Shown here piece by piece: positions 15,774-24,610 of a stretch of DNA of 29,439 nucleotides. The notes under the pieces are model-generated. The model did not search any database, had not been told where the DNA came from, and was given only the letters and a program-made list of their open reading frames with translations. This DNA is from Candidatus Thorarchaeota archaeon. GTDB taxonomy: Archaea; Asgardarchaeota; Thorarchaeia; Thorarchaeales; Thorarchaeaceae. The stretch covers positions 1-29,439 of the forward strand of contig PRDI01000041.1 in NCBI GenBank assembly GCA_003345595.1, given 5' to 3'. Made by a program: the position numbers and the translations under genes. How positions within the stretch are numbered: position 1 is the first letter of the stretch; every line of letters starts with the position of its first letter.

Positions 15774-17744
15774 ATGTCTTCACGATTGAGCGTGTCTAAT
15801 GGATGGCTAGTGAACGAAGAGGGCTGCCGCGTTCTTCTACGCGGCGTCAATCTTGGCGGCAGTTCGAAGGTGCCTGCTATACCAGATGGTGCCACTCACA
15901 TCAGGACTGACTTCCACGACCACAGAGATGTTTCATTCGTGGGCAGACCCTTTCCTTTGATTGAGGCAGCAGAACACTTCAAGAGAATCAAACACTGGGG
16001 CTTCAACTGCCTTCGCTTGGTTATACCCTGGGAGGCCATCGAACACAGGGGTCCTAGGTTGTATGACAAGGAGTTCCTCAACTACTTGGAAGAGCTGGTC
16101 AAGACAGCTGAGTCATATGATCAGTATGTCATAATTGACCCCCACCAAGACGTGTGGAGTCGGATGACTGGAGGGGATGGTGCTCCTGGTTGGACATTCG
16201 AGAAGGTTGGAATGGATTTCAGCAAGTTCGATGCGGCTGAGGCCGCGTATGTGATGCAGTACCGGTACGATCCACGAGATTCTAAGACATACCCCCCCAT
16301 GAGCTGGTCGCAGAACAAGCTTAGGTTCGCTTGTGCTACCATGTGGACGCTTTTCTTTGGAGGAAAGGACTTTGCACCTTCCTGCCTCATTGACGGTCAG
16401 AATGCACAAGGGTTTCTGCAGGGTCATTTCTACGGTGCGTTCAGGCAGGTCGCAAATGCGCTCAAGGGCATGAAGCACGTAATCGGTTTTGAATCACTGA
16501 ACGAACCAGAACCCGGCTGGATCGGAGCGAAAGTTGACGGGTCGAATGTCGACGTCAGCACCACGATTGGCTACTCCTTCACCCCGCTCGATGCTATGGC
16601 CACCGCGTCCGGCTTCCCGAGGACAGTAGGCTATAGAGAGGTCAAGCGCTTCGGCGTCAAAGAAACGCGCAAGGATGTGATGAATGCGGGACGAATTGCG
16701 GTTTGGCTGGAGGGACGTCCAGACATATGGAAATCGGAGCATGTCTGGGACGTTGAAAAGGGCGAGCCGCATATTCTTGACAACGATCATTTCATGAAGA
16801 AAGGCGGCGCCCCTGTAAACTTCGTCATTAACTACCTGTCACCATTCGTCAATCGCTTCGCCGAGGAGATGAGGAGCATAGTGCCGGATGCCGTCATATT
16901 CTATGAAGGTTCGAGTGAGGAGGCCACCACAGGCAAGGCCCTCCAGATAGACGTTCCTCCGAACTCCGTTCATGCAGCTCACTGGTATGATGTCGCCACA
17001 ATCGGCACGAAACGATTCATGGAGAAAGCAAGCTTCGACATTGCGAAGGGAGGCACAGTCATTGGGGCTGGAAATGTCGAGCAGATGTTCGTGAGGCAGC
17101 TGAAGGCAATTGCCGACGCTACCGCTGAGGTCTCCAAAGGCACGCCAACTCTGATTGGAGAGTTTGGTATCTGCTACGACTTGGATCAGAAGGGCGCCTA
17201 TGCGAAAGCCAAGACACAGCCAATTGATGCATGGAAGACTCACGTCAGAGCTCTCTCGAAGTACTATCGCGCCCTCGATGCAAGTCTGCTTCATAGTACT
17301 CAGTGGAACTACACTGCAGACAATACAAATGAGTGGGGCGACCAATGGAATCAAGAGGACTTCTCGATGTTCAGCCGCGACCAACAGACGAAGACTGATG
17401 ACATCGACAGTGGGGGGAGGGCGATTCATGGATTCTGCCGTCCTCATTTCGTACGTGTCAGAGGCGTACCGAGGCGAATGGAGTTTGACATGAAGAGTGG
17501 GCTCTTCACGTTCGAGTTCGATGCCGACCCGGGTGTTGAGGAATCTGCGGTTCTCTACATTCCGAAGGCACAGTATCCGGAGGGCTTCAGCGTGCAACTC
17601 AGCGAAGGAAAACACGAGTACAATGAGGAAACAGAAGAGATACTAGTGTTCACTCAAAGGGGAGGACCTAACACTGTGAAGGTTTCAAGAGAGGGTCATG
17701 CGCTTGCAGCGTGGGTAGAAGAAGAAGGCACCACAGATGAGTGA
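15774..17744 (+). CDS. Glycoside hydrolase family 5, endoglycoceramidase-related (GH5_12-like; steryl-beta-glucosidase/glucosylceramidase type)
   Basis: LRGVNLGGSSKVP, VSFVGRPFPL.EA.EHF, WEAIEH.GP, DPHQDVWSR..GGDGAPGWT, TMWTLFFGG..FAP, acid/base NEP, nucleophile IGEFG, and WNY...GDQWNQEDFS. C-terminal beta-sandwich. Confidence 0.9.
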   Translation: MSSRLSVSNGWLVNEEGCRVLLRGVNLGGSSKVPAIPDGATHIRTDFHDHRDVSFVGRPFPLIEAAEHFKRIKHWGFNCLRLVIPWEAIEHRGPRLYDKEFLNYLEELVKTAESYDQYVIIDPHQDVWSRMTGGDGAPGWTFEKVGMDFSKFDAAEAAYVMQYRYDPRDSKTYPPMSWSQNKLRFACATMWTLFFGGKDFAPSCLIDGQNAQGFLQGHFYGAFRQVANALKGMKHVIGFESLNEPEPGWIGAKVDGSNVDVSTTIGYSFTPLDAMATASGFPRTVGYREVKRFGVKETRKDVMNAGRIAVWLEGRPDIWKSEHVWDVEKGEPHILDNDHFMKKGGAPVNFVINYLSPFVNRFAEEMRSIVPDAVIFYEGSSEEATTGKALQIDVPPNSVHAAHWYDVATIGTKRFMEKASFDIAKGGTVIGAGNVEQMFVRQLKAIADATAEVSKGTPTLIGEFGICYDLDQKGAYAKAKTQPIDAWKTHVRALSKYYRALDASLLHSTQWNYTADNTNEWGDQWNQEDFSMFSRDQQTKTDDIDSGGRAIHGFCRPHFVRVRGVPRRMEFDMKSGLFTFEFDADPGVEESAVLYIPKAQYPEGFSVQLSEGKHEYNEETEEILVFTQRGGPNTVKVSREGHALAAWVEEEGTTDE

Positions 17745-17898
17745 GAATCGCCTAAGAAAGCCGCACGACGACGTCGCCCAGGAAACAAGGGGGCTGGGGG
17801 ACAACGCTTATGCCTAGCCCTATTCGCAGCGAATAGGACCCCGATTCCAGCTACCACTGAACTACTCGTGATAGCCGATGCGACAGTTGTGCGGTGTT

Positions 17899-18096
17899 TC
17901 ACAAGTCAGCTTGGCCAGACTCTGCTCTCCTGAGTGTTTCTGTCTTTTTTCGTTCTCGCTTCTTGCTGACCGGCAATGGTCCTGAAGCAGCAGTGAAGGT
18001 CACGCCGCTGGAGTAGGTTTCGGATAGGTGATCAGGAGCCTTGAATGTCCTCGTTGATTCTGCTTTTCCCACATGCTTCTTCTCTTTCATACCCAT
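17899..18096 (-). CDS. Small basic hypothetical protein (65 aa)
   Basis: Strong RBS AGGAGGT 4 nt before ATG 18096. Lies in an otherwise empty interval. Lys/Arg-rich. Confidence 0.55.
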   Translation of the reverse strand: MGMKEKKHVGKAESTRTFKAPDHLSETYSSGVTFTAASGPLPVSKKRERKKTETLRRAESGQADL

Positions 18097-18347
18097 GGTT
18101 ACCTCCTATATGGTCCTCAGGAATGATGTGGGCATGCGAACTTATGAGGGTTCTGAGAGGTCTGCGGCGCCAAAGCAGACGTTTCTTGGATATCACCCGA
18201 TATGCAGGGATTCAAACAGTGAAGGTTCCACGAGAGAGCCCCGACATCCGTGGTGTGGGAAGAGCATACAAGATCGGTTTCAACGGGTGACCTTCAGACC
18301 CTACGCCGTCCAGTGCTCTTCGTCAGGGCACAGTTACTTAGAAACCG

Positions 18348-20210
18348 CTACTGTTGTCCAAATCTCTTCGAGAGGACAAGCACTCCAACTATGACAATCA
18401 GTGAGCCACTTGTCACAACCACAGTCAGCGGCTGTATTCCCAGCAAATCTGGCTGTGAATCGGAAGTGGTTGTGCTAATGTTGTTCGGCACAGAGCGATT
18501 GGGCCTGTAGAAGTAGCGTGGGTTTGCCTTCATCTCCGTGATATTGTCGTTGATGGTGGCGCTCCAGTTGAAAGCTCCGGAGGTTGCCATTGGTTCTTCA
18601 AACGGATTGGGCATCCACGTTTGCCAGCCATCAGGTCCAAGCTCATCAAGGAGTTGCTTGGGCAGTATCGGTTTGTAGCCAACTGTGTGAAGAAGCCAGT
18701 AGGATTCTGACGAGAACTCCACAATGACCTTGTAGGGGTTCTGGCCGTATGCGGCGGTCAAGTCACCGAAATCCAGTCGAAAGGGGTTGCCAGGAGCTTC
18801 TCTGTAGTAGTTGATTGTGCAAGCGACATCTTCTGCTGTGAGCGGCGTCCCATCACTCCAAGATGCATTGCGAACAAGGTTGAACGTGAATCTGGTCCTG
18901 TCTGGCAAGACCGACTCATTGTCTTCATGAGTCTCTATGGTGTATGACTCTGCTAGCCAAGGTACATCTCGTCCATCGGGGCCCTGGCGTATCAACGTGT
19001 CCCAAGGCAGATTGTTCAGCACGTGAGGATAGCAGGAACAAGAGCTCATGGGATTGTACTTGTTATGTGTACTGACTCCCCACTTGATGGTCCCACCGAA
19101 TGGGCCGCCGAGAGAGGTTCTGAGTCGTACCTTTTGAGCACTCCAACATCCCCCTACTCCATCAACGCAGTCGTCCACAAAACCTGTGAATCTGTCGGTC
19201 CTGTGGGCGGTCAAGAGCGTGTTCTCGTAACAGACAATCATCGGGCACTCATAGACCCAGACCTTCTGCATCTCTATTGCGGCTTCGTAGACTTCGTCAT
19301 AGTCAGTTGAATGAAGCAATTGGTTTCTCCACTGGTCGTAGCTCTGGTTTGCCCATGATGGGAAGTTGCAGTACGGTTGATTTACATATTCTCCACAGAA
19401 ATCATATGCAAGCCAATCGACATCGAAGTCGGACCAGCTTTTGCCTATGAAAACGATGTCATAATCGCCATGGAAGTATAACCTGTTGAGATATTCATAG
19501 AAGTCCACGGGCTCTGACGTAGCGTTTACATGCAATGCCTGAAGAGATTGAGCGCATTCTTCGCCAATCTGAACGGCAGTGTCCGAAGATGAGGCGCATT
19601 CGATCAGAACGTCGAAGGAGTCCCCGTGAGGTGATTCGCGAAACGTGTCGTTGTTTGCATCCAAGAAGCCGGCGGAATCGAGAATCTCATTTCCAAGCGC
19701 CACGTTCGCATCATAGTAGCTGTAGGGCAGTCTGCCTTCGATCGAAAACGGATTCACTTTCGGGACGCATGAGTCAAGCGGCTCAGACATGCCAGCAAAC
19801 ACTTGTTCGGAGATGGCTCGCTTGTCGAACGCAAAGGCGAGTGCTCTTCTGAAGGCTGTGTAGTTCAATGGGTTCTTCCTCGTATTGATGGATAGACACC
19901 CATAGCCGTTCCTTAGTATGCGGCCAACATCGACATACTCGACTTCTAGAAGCTCGGAAAGGTATTCAGGTGGAACCTCACTATCCATGACATCGATCTC
20001 GCCCGAAACCAGAGCTTGAACGGCTTCTTCACCATCAATCCAGTTTCTTATCCAGATACTGTCCACGAAGGGACCTGTCTGGATGAGCTCTTCCTGAGAA
20101 TAAGCTTCAGCTGGACTAGAACCTGACATTCCTGCAGAAAACAGAAGCAATGGCAACAGGATGAAGACTCCAAGTGTCCTCCTGCTTGTTACCATCCAGT
20201 TGGCCCCCAC
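18348..20210 (-). CDS. ABC transporter substrate-binding protein, family 5 (oligopeptide-type), C-terminally membrane anchored
   Basis: Signal peptide, FRRALAFAFDK, PWLAESY, FTFNL...ASWSDGTPLTAEDV and NPRYF. Ser/Thr-rich linker and C-terminal TM. Alternative start ATG 20195. Confidence 0.92.
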   Translation of the reverse strand: MGANWMVTSRRTLGVFILLPLLLFSAGMSGSSPAEAYSQEELIQTGPFVDSIWIRNWIDGEEAVQALVSGEIDVMDSEVPPEYLSELLEVEYVDVGRILRNGYGCLSINTRKNPLNYTAFRRALAFAFDKRAISEQVFAGMSEPLDSCVPKVNPFSIEGRLPYSYYDANVALGNEILDSAGFLDANNDTFRESPHGDSFDVLIECASSSDTAVQIGEECAQSLQALHVNATSEPVDFYEYLNRLYFHGDYDIVFIGKSWSDFDVDWLAYDFCGEYVNQPYCNFPSWANQSYDQWRNQLLHSTDYDEVYEAAIEMQKVWVYECPMIVCYENTLLTAHRTDRFTGFVDDCVDGVGGCWSAQKVRLRTSLGGPFGGTIKWGVSTHNKYNPMSSCSCYPHVLNNLPWDTLIRQGPDGRDVPWLAESYTIETHEDNESVLPDRTRFTFNLVRNASWSDGTPLTAEDVACTINYYREAPGNPFRLDFGDLTAAYGQNPYKVIVEFSSESYWLLHTVGYKPILPKQLLDELGPDGWQTWMPNPFEEPMATSGAFNWSATINDNITEMKANPRYFYRPNRSVPNNISTTTSDSQPDLLGIQPLTVVVTSGSLIVIVGVLVLSKRFGQQ

Positions 20211-20475
20211 TGTATGAGCAAAGAACAGCCATTAGTATTACGCGATTTATGTGTTCTTGTGCGCATGGATGCACTATCATAATGCGCGTGTGCTAGAACG
20301 ATGCGACCTTGTCATTATGAAACTGTAGAAGACGAGGCCGAAACAAAATGGGTCACCTTCAGCGATGGTGCTGAACGCGCGCTGACGGGTAAATCCTTCA
20401 CTCAATCATATGTGGTTCGATAGTTTTATCTTCAGTCAATGCCTGATTAAAGGCGAACCGTGGAGCTGGAGTCTG

Positions 20476-20985
20476 ATGACCGGTATCTCGGCTGCGTCTA
20501 AGACCGCTATCATTCTGTGCATTGTGATAGGCAGTTCGTTCGTTTCAGTTGTTTGGCTCGGTTCTGTTATCGGTGGGAACTCGCAGATTCCCTTTGAGGA
20601 CGTTGATCGGGGATGGTCATGCGGGAGGAGCATCAGGGAGAATCTGCTGATTACCGACGCCCAGACCTGGCAGGATTTGTGGACTTCCATGAAGAGCGGA
20701 GAAAGTGATCCTCCGTCCTTACCATACGTGAACTTCACGACGGAACTGCTAATAGCAGTCTTCCTAGGGGAGTTTGGCAGTTCGGGATACTTTGCGAATA
20801 TTACTGGGGTGTTCCTGCTACTGACTGGCTATCGAATCTTCGTAGTCGAGGTCCATCCTGACCCGAACTGCGGAGTACTTGCAGTAATGACACAGCCATA
20901 CCATATCATCAGCATACCTAGAGCTCAGCAGGACTTCTCTGCAACCTTCGTATACAGTGTTCATGTAAGGAGTTGCATGCCTTAG
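20476..20985 (+). CDS. Membrane-anchored PrcB C-terminal domain family protein
   Basis: N-terminal TM, then W..LW...P.VNFT.E.LIAVFLGE..SSGY...I and P..C....VMTQPYHII, matching PrcB_C. Start taken at ATG 20476; the ORF is open from 20410. Confidence 0.8.
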   Translation: MTGISAASKTAIILCIVIGSSFVSVVWLGSVIGGNSQIPFEDVDRGWSCGRSIRENLLITDAQTWQDLWTSMKSGESDPPSLPYVNFTTELLIAVFLGEFGSSGYFANITGVFLLLTGYRIFVVEVHPDPNCGVLAVMTQPYHIISIPRAQQDFSATFVYSVHVRSCMP

Positions 20986-21400
20986 TTGTCTTGCCAATAC
21001 GAATGCAATGTATCCTGCTATACGTTTCTGAAACATCTAATCGCTATGCACTGAAACGTCGCCCAGGGAACAACAGGCTTCCCTGACAATGACTATGTGT
21101 CGAGTTCAGGGGGAAGGGGAAGATGGTAAAGCTCTGATGAGACTGAAAAAAAGAGAATGGCCCAGTCACTGCAACAAGGGCCGCATGCTTATGCTCTTGG
21201 AGGAGGGAGACGAGTGAAGAAGCAGGTAATGCTCTCAATCATCGTTCTTGACTCACCAATCATACGAGTATGCGTGAAAGCTTTTCAAGCTTCAGAGGCG
21301 GCAGGAAGTGGAATCGACTGCAGCTTGAAGGATTACTTACTGTGCAAGAAGGAGACAATGCCATGGGCTTTCTGTCACAGTATCTTACTGGAGGCGGCTT

Positions 21401-22279
21401 CTAACACGTTGGCACGTCTTTTGCATAGACGAACCTCCGAATCGAGTTCACATTGCCCACAATGACTACTGTTGGCATAGCTTTTGTATTCATGGCCAGT
21501 CCGTACCGACCGTTTGGATCTGCAACCACAACACCTGCTTGGCTACCCGTCTTGGACTGCAGAAGACCTATGCCCCTCTCAGCTGCGGCCTGAGGGTCGG
21601 CTCCCTCTTCGACGTATGATACCACGGTTCTGCACAAAAGGACGCGGATGATGTGTTCTCCCCATCCAGTAGCTGTTGCTCCACAGATGTCATCTGCATA
21701 TGCCCCTGCACCGAAGATGGACGAGTCCCCCACACGGCCTGCCATCTTGTCCGGAATACCGCCAGTTGATGAAGTGGCTGCGATGTGACTGTTCAAGTCT
21801 ATGGTCACGCAGCCAACAGTGTCACCGGCTTGCGCGTTGAACGAAGAGGCGGTCACCCCGGGGCTGATCTCTCTACGATAGCCCTCACTAAGCATCTTCT
21901 CGTACAGCTTCTTGACGCCATCACCTGCGAACTGTGAGTGGGAAGTCTTCTCCATCGCAAACCTTGCCAGCGATATCGGATGTTGGATTCCAGTGACTGC
22001 CATCACTGCTCCAGACCTCAGATTGGCTCCATCGATGATCATAGCATCGAGTTCCTGCACTCCGTCCCTATTTGGTCGAGCACCGAGCCCTGCGTTTAGC
22101 TTTCCACATCCTTCCATGTGAAACGTGCAAGCTTCAGCTGCGTCAAGGGCAGAGCCACCATTCTTGAGAATCCGGAAACCAATCTTGGCTGCCTTCTCGA
22201 CTTCCTCAAGAGCAGGAGGCAGCCTGTCTTCTTTCCAGTCTCCGGCTCCACCATGTACAATGATTGCTGGCAGGTTCAA
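21401..22279 (-). CDS. iaaA: Isoaspartyl peptidase / L-asparaginase (Ntn hydrolase)
   Basis: IVHGGAG, NAGLG, ELDA.I.DG, autocleavage site GD/TVG, STGG, GRVGDS and TGWGE. Confidence 0.95.
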   Translation of the reverse strand: MNLPAIIVHGGAGDWKEDRLPPALEEVEKAAKIGFRILKNGGSALDAAEACTFHMEGCGKLNAGLGARPNRDGVQELDAMIIDGANLRSGAVMAVTGIQHPISLARFAMEKTSHSQFAGDGVKKLYEKMLSEGYRREISPGVTASSFNAQAGDTVGCVTIDLNSHIAATSSTGGIPDKMAGRVGDSSIFGAGAYADDICGATATGWGEHIIRVLLCRTVVSYVEEGADPQAAAERGIGLLQSKTGSQAGVVVADPNGRYGLAMNTKAMPTVVIVGNVNSIRRFVYAKDVPTC

Positions 22280-22339
22280 CAGGCGCTACCTTCTGACAAT
22301 GCAGGAACGAACCAGCCCTACAAAGGCATTGCTGTTCGC
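21956..22339. repeat. Copy 1 of a diverged direct repeat of about 384 bp (5' part and upstream region of iaaA)
   Basis: Aligns by eye with 23304-23686, including the upstream motif AGCCCTACAAAGG.ATTGC.GTT.GC. Confidence 0.9.
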
Positions 22340-22508
22340 CCAGGCGACAAGGGCGTTGTTCTCAGAGGATTCTTCCAAGAGTGACTTGTCTGTAGTCATC
22401 CTTGAGGCCGGATCCTACATACACTGCTATTGCAGCGAAGTCCGCAGCGGGAGCGTACGGGGCATTCACCATGAAGAACCTTTACACAGATTGATCGGTG
22501 CCTGAGAG

Positions 22509-23183
22509 CTATGATTGATTCTGATAGTAGGGTTCGAGGTTTCCTTTCCATCCCTTGAACTCGTGTTCAGGGAGTTTTGTCACTCGACACTGCGGCTTGG
22601 CCACTATCTCAACCACTTCGAACTTGGTGAGAAAGTTCATTGCGTATGTCGGCCTCACGACCAGCGCCGTGTCGAGCCCCTTGAAAGTCCCTCCACACGA
22701 AATGACAGCTTCGCCCTCTGTTACCTCGCCAGCGTCGGTCGCCATTACTGACACCTCAACCGCGATCTTGGTGCCCGCGCCGAACAGCTCGAGCGTCTTG
22801 TCGATCATCGCCTCGGGTGTCGGATTGGCCCAGCCCAAAGATCTAGAAGGCGGGGCAAAAGGTCGCGTTCCTTGGACCACGTGCACGTTGTTCTTCCTGA
22901 GGATTTCGAGCGTCCCAGAATACTCTTTCCTCATCAGTCCTATCAGTATATCACCCTTGGGACCCCAAGTCGTAGCTGGGCAGTGCGTGACAACGATCAT
23001 CTCGACGCCGGAACCTTTGAAGACATCGAGGGCCTTCAAAGCACTTCTGCCGGTTTCAGATGCTATTATCACCTTTTTCAGATTGAGTTCCGTAGTCCTG
23101 TTCTTTGCTGCTTTCAGCAGTGCTTCAGTGTTGATCTCACCACAGTGTCCGAAGTAGATCGTGCCTCGCTGATAGTCGGCCAT
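22509..23183 (-). CDS. Stand-alone pyruvate kinase alpha/beta (PK_C-like) domain protein
   Basis: YF...G..NT..LL.AA..R..EL....VIIASETG.SA, G.GTKIAVE...MATDAG and GG...GLDTALV motifs of this conserved archaeal family. Confidence 0.85.
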   Translation of the reverse strand: MADYQRGTIYFGHCGEINTEALLKAAKNRTTELNLKKVIIASETGRSALKALDVFKGSGVEMIVVTHCPATTWGPKGDILIGLMRKEYSGTLEILRKNNVHVVQGTRPFAPPSRSLGWANPTPEAMIDKTLELFGAGTKIAVEVSVMATDAGEVTEGEAVISCGGTFKGLDTALVVRPTYAMNFLTKFEVVEIVAKPQCRVTKLPEHEFKGWKGNLEPYYQNQS

Positions 23184-23267
23184 GTTCTCATGTCCCCATT
23201 CTGGCTACAGATGCAGTGACCCGGTATAAGCCAAGGTACGCACCAATCTTCCTTATCATGTCTTCCT

Positions 23268-23634
23268 TCAGCATTCCAGTGGGCCCATTCTGTGACTGAC
23301 TTGCGCGAACCTTGCCAATGAAACCGGATGTTGGGTCCCAGTAGCTGCCATCATTGCTCCGGACCTCATAATGGCGGCGTCAATGATTATCACATCGAGT
23401 TCCTGCACTTCGTCCCGATTCGGTCGATCACCGACACCTGCGTTGAGCTTTCCACATGCTTCCATGTGAAATGTGCAGGCTTCAGCTGCGTCTAGAGCAG
23501 AGTTTCTGTTCTTGAGGATCCTGAAGCCAACCCTAGCTTCCTTGTCCACTTTCTGGAGAGCAGGAACCAGCTTGTCTTCTTTCCATCTCCGGCTCCGCCG
23601 TGTACGATAATCACTCGCAGCCTCGGTCGCACCA
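23268..23634 (-). pseudogene. iaaA: Truncated, frameshifted copy of the isoaspartyl peptidase gene
   Basis: IIVHGGAG in one frame, a 1-nt deletion near 23586, then WKEDKLVPALQKVDKEARVGF...HPVSLARFA. Homology stops at about 23304, well before the catalytic Thr. Confidence 0.9.
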
Positions 23635-23686
23635 CTTCTGACCTTGCATGGACCAATTGAAGCCCTACAAAGGGATTGCCGTTTGC
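23304..23686. repeat. Copy 2 of the diverged direct repeat
   Basis: Homologous to 21956-22339. Confidence 0.9.
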
Positions 23687-23803
23687 TCTGGAAATGAGAG
23701 TGATGGGCTTAGAGGTTTCGTATAAGATGACGGAGAAAAATAGGGAGGGTTCCAGGCGCATTGCGGCCTAGAACTCCTCTGGGCAATAGCCCTGAGAACT
23801 CAA

Positions 23804-24154
23804 CTACTTCTTGAATGCTGCCCTTGTGCTGGGTACCAAGAGATACACAACGATGATGACTGGGAGAATAAGCCCTATCCAGTTGAAGGGATAGAGGTTC
23901 AAGAGTATGCTGAGGATGTTGATTATCAACGTCCAGAGCCATGCCCAGCCCTTCAGAGACCAGAGACCATAGAACAGAATCAGCCCTATGATCCCGAAGA
24001 TCAACAAGATAGCAGCTAGCCCCACAAAGAGTATTCCTAGGGGCCCAAGAAGGAGCGCCGCCATTAGTGCTACATATCCAGAGTAGATTATCAAGAGGGC
24101 GCTCAGCAACTGCAGAACTGCTAGTATTACGATACCTATGGGTTTTGCAGCCAT
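23804..24154 (-). CDS. Small multi-pass membrane protein (116 aa, about 4 TM)
   Basis: GGAGGT RBS before ATG 24154. KPIGIVILA...GLW..K.WAW...YLL.P..RAAF pattern seen in small archaeal membrane proteins. Confidence 0.85.
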   Translation of the reverse strand: MAAKPIGIVILAVLQLLSALLIIYSGYVALMAALLLGPLGILFVGLAAILLIFGIIGLILFYGLWSLKGWAWLWTLIINILSILLNLYPFNWIGLILPVIIVVYLLVPSTRAAFKK

Positions 24155-24610
24155 TCGTATTACCTCCGTATCACAACGCGAGTTGTGTGACACTGGATTC
24201 GGCGCATCTTTCCTATAAGGCAATCGCGACTGTCTGCCATTCGGTGAAATCGCCATCCAAGAGGCGCCATTTCGACATCGACTATTTCCGAACTTATCAC
24301 CCATACTTCGAACGGATTAGCTGACGGTTTCACCAATCCCAAACTTGCAGTTCCAAGTGAACTGTGGGCGTGTGTAATTGGCCATTGCGCAGACTGGACG
24401 TCTGCAATTGACTGTTTGCTGTTCGCCGCGAACCAGCTGTCAGATAGGACTCGATATTCGCTTTCCATCAGTTGAATTCATTCTTGGGGAGTTGCATGAA
24501 TGGAACCTGTGGCTTGCAGGTACAGCCCTCGTTAAGTAAGTTGATCATAAGGCGTCATAGGTCAAGGTTAATAGTCAGCCAGCATTTTCGTCCTTTGAAG
24601 TGCATGTGCC

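Noticed and set aside
16839-17615. 258-aa antisense ORF inside the GH5 gene, and similar shadow ORFs such as 22555-23157 and 10968-11492
   Set aside because: They lie opposite well-supported genes, lack motifs, and are expected from codon bias.
20218-20287. Short inverted repeats (AAGAACA/TGTTCTT; GCGCAT/ATGCGC) upstream of the binding-protein gene
   Set aside because: Arms of 6-7 bp with long spacers are expected by chance.
24155-24304. 50-aa N-terminal extension of the membrane protein ORF
   Set aside because: The strong GGAGGT RBS sits before ATG 24154, and the extension looks non-coding.
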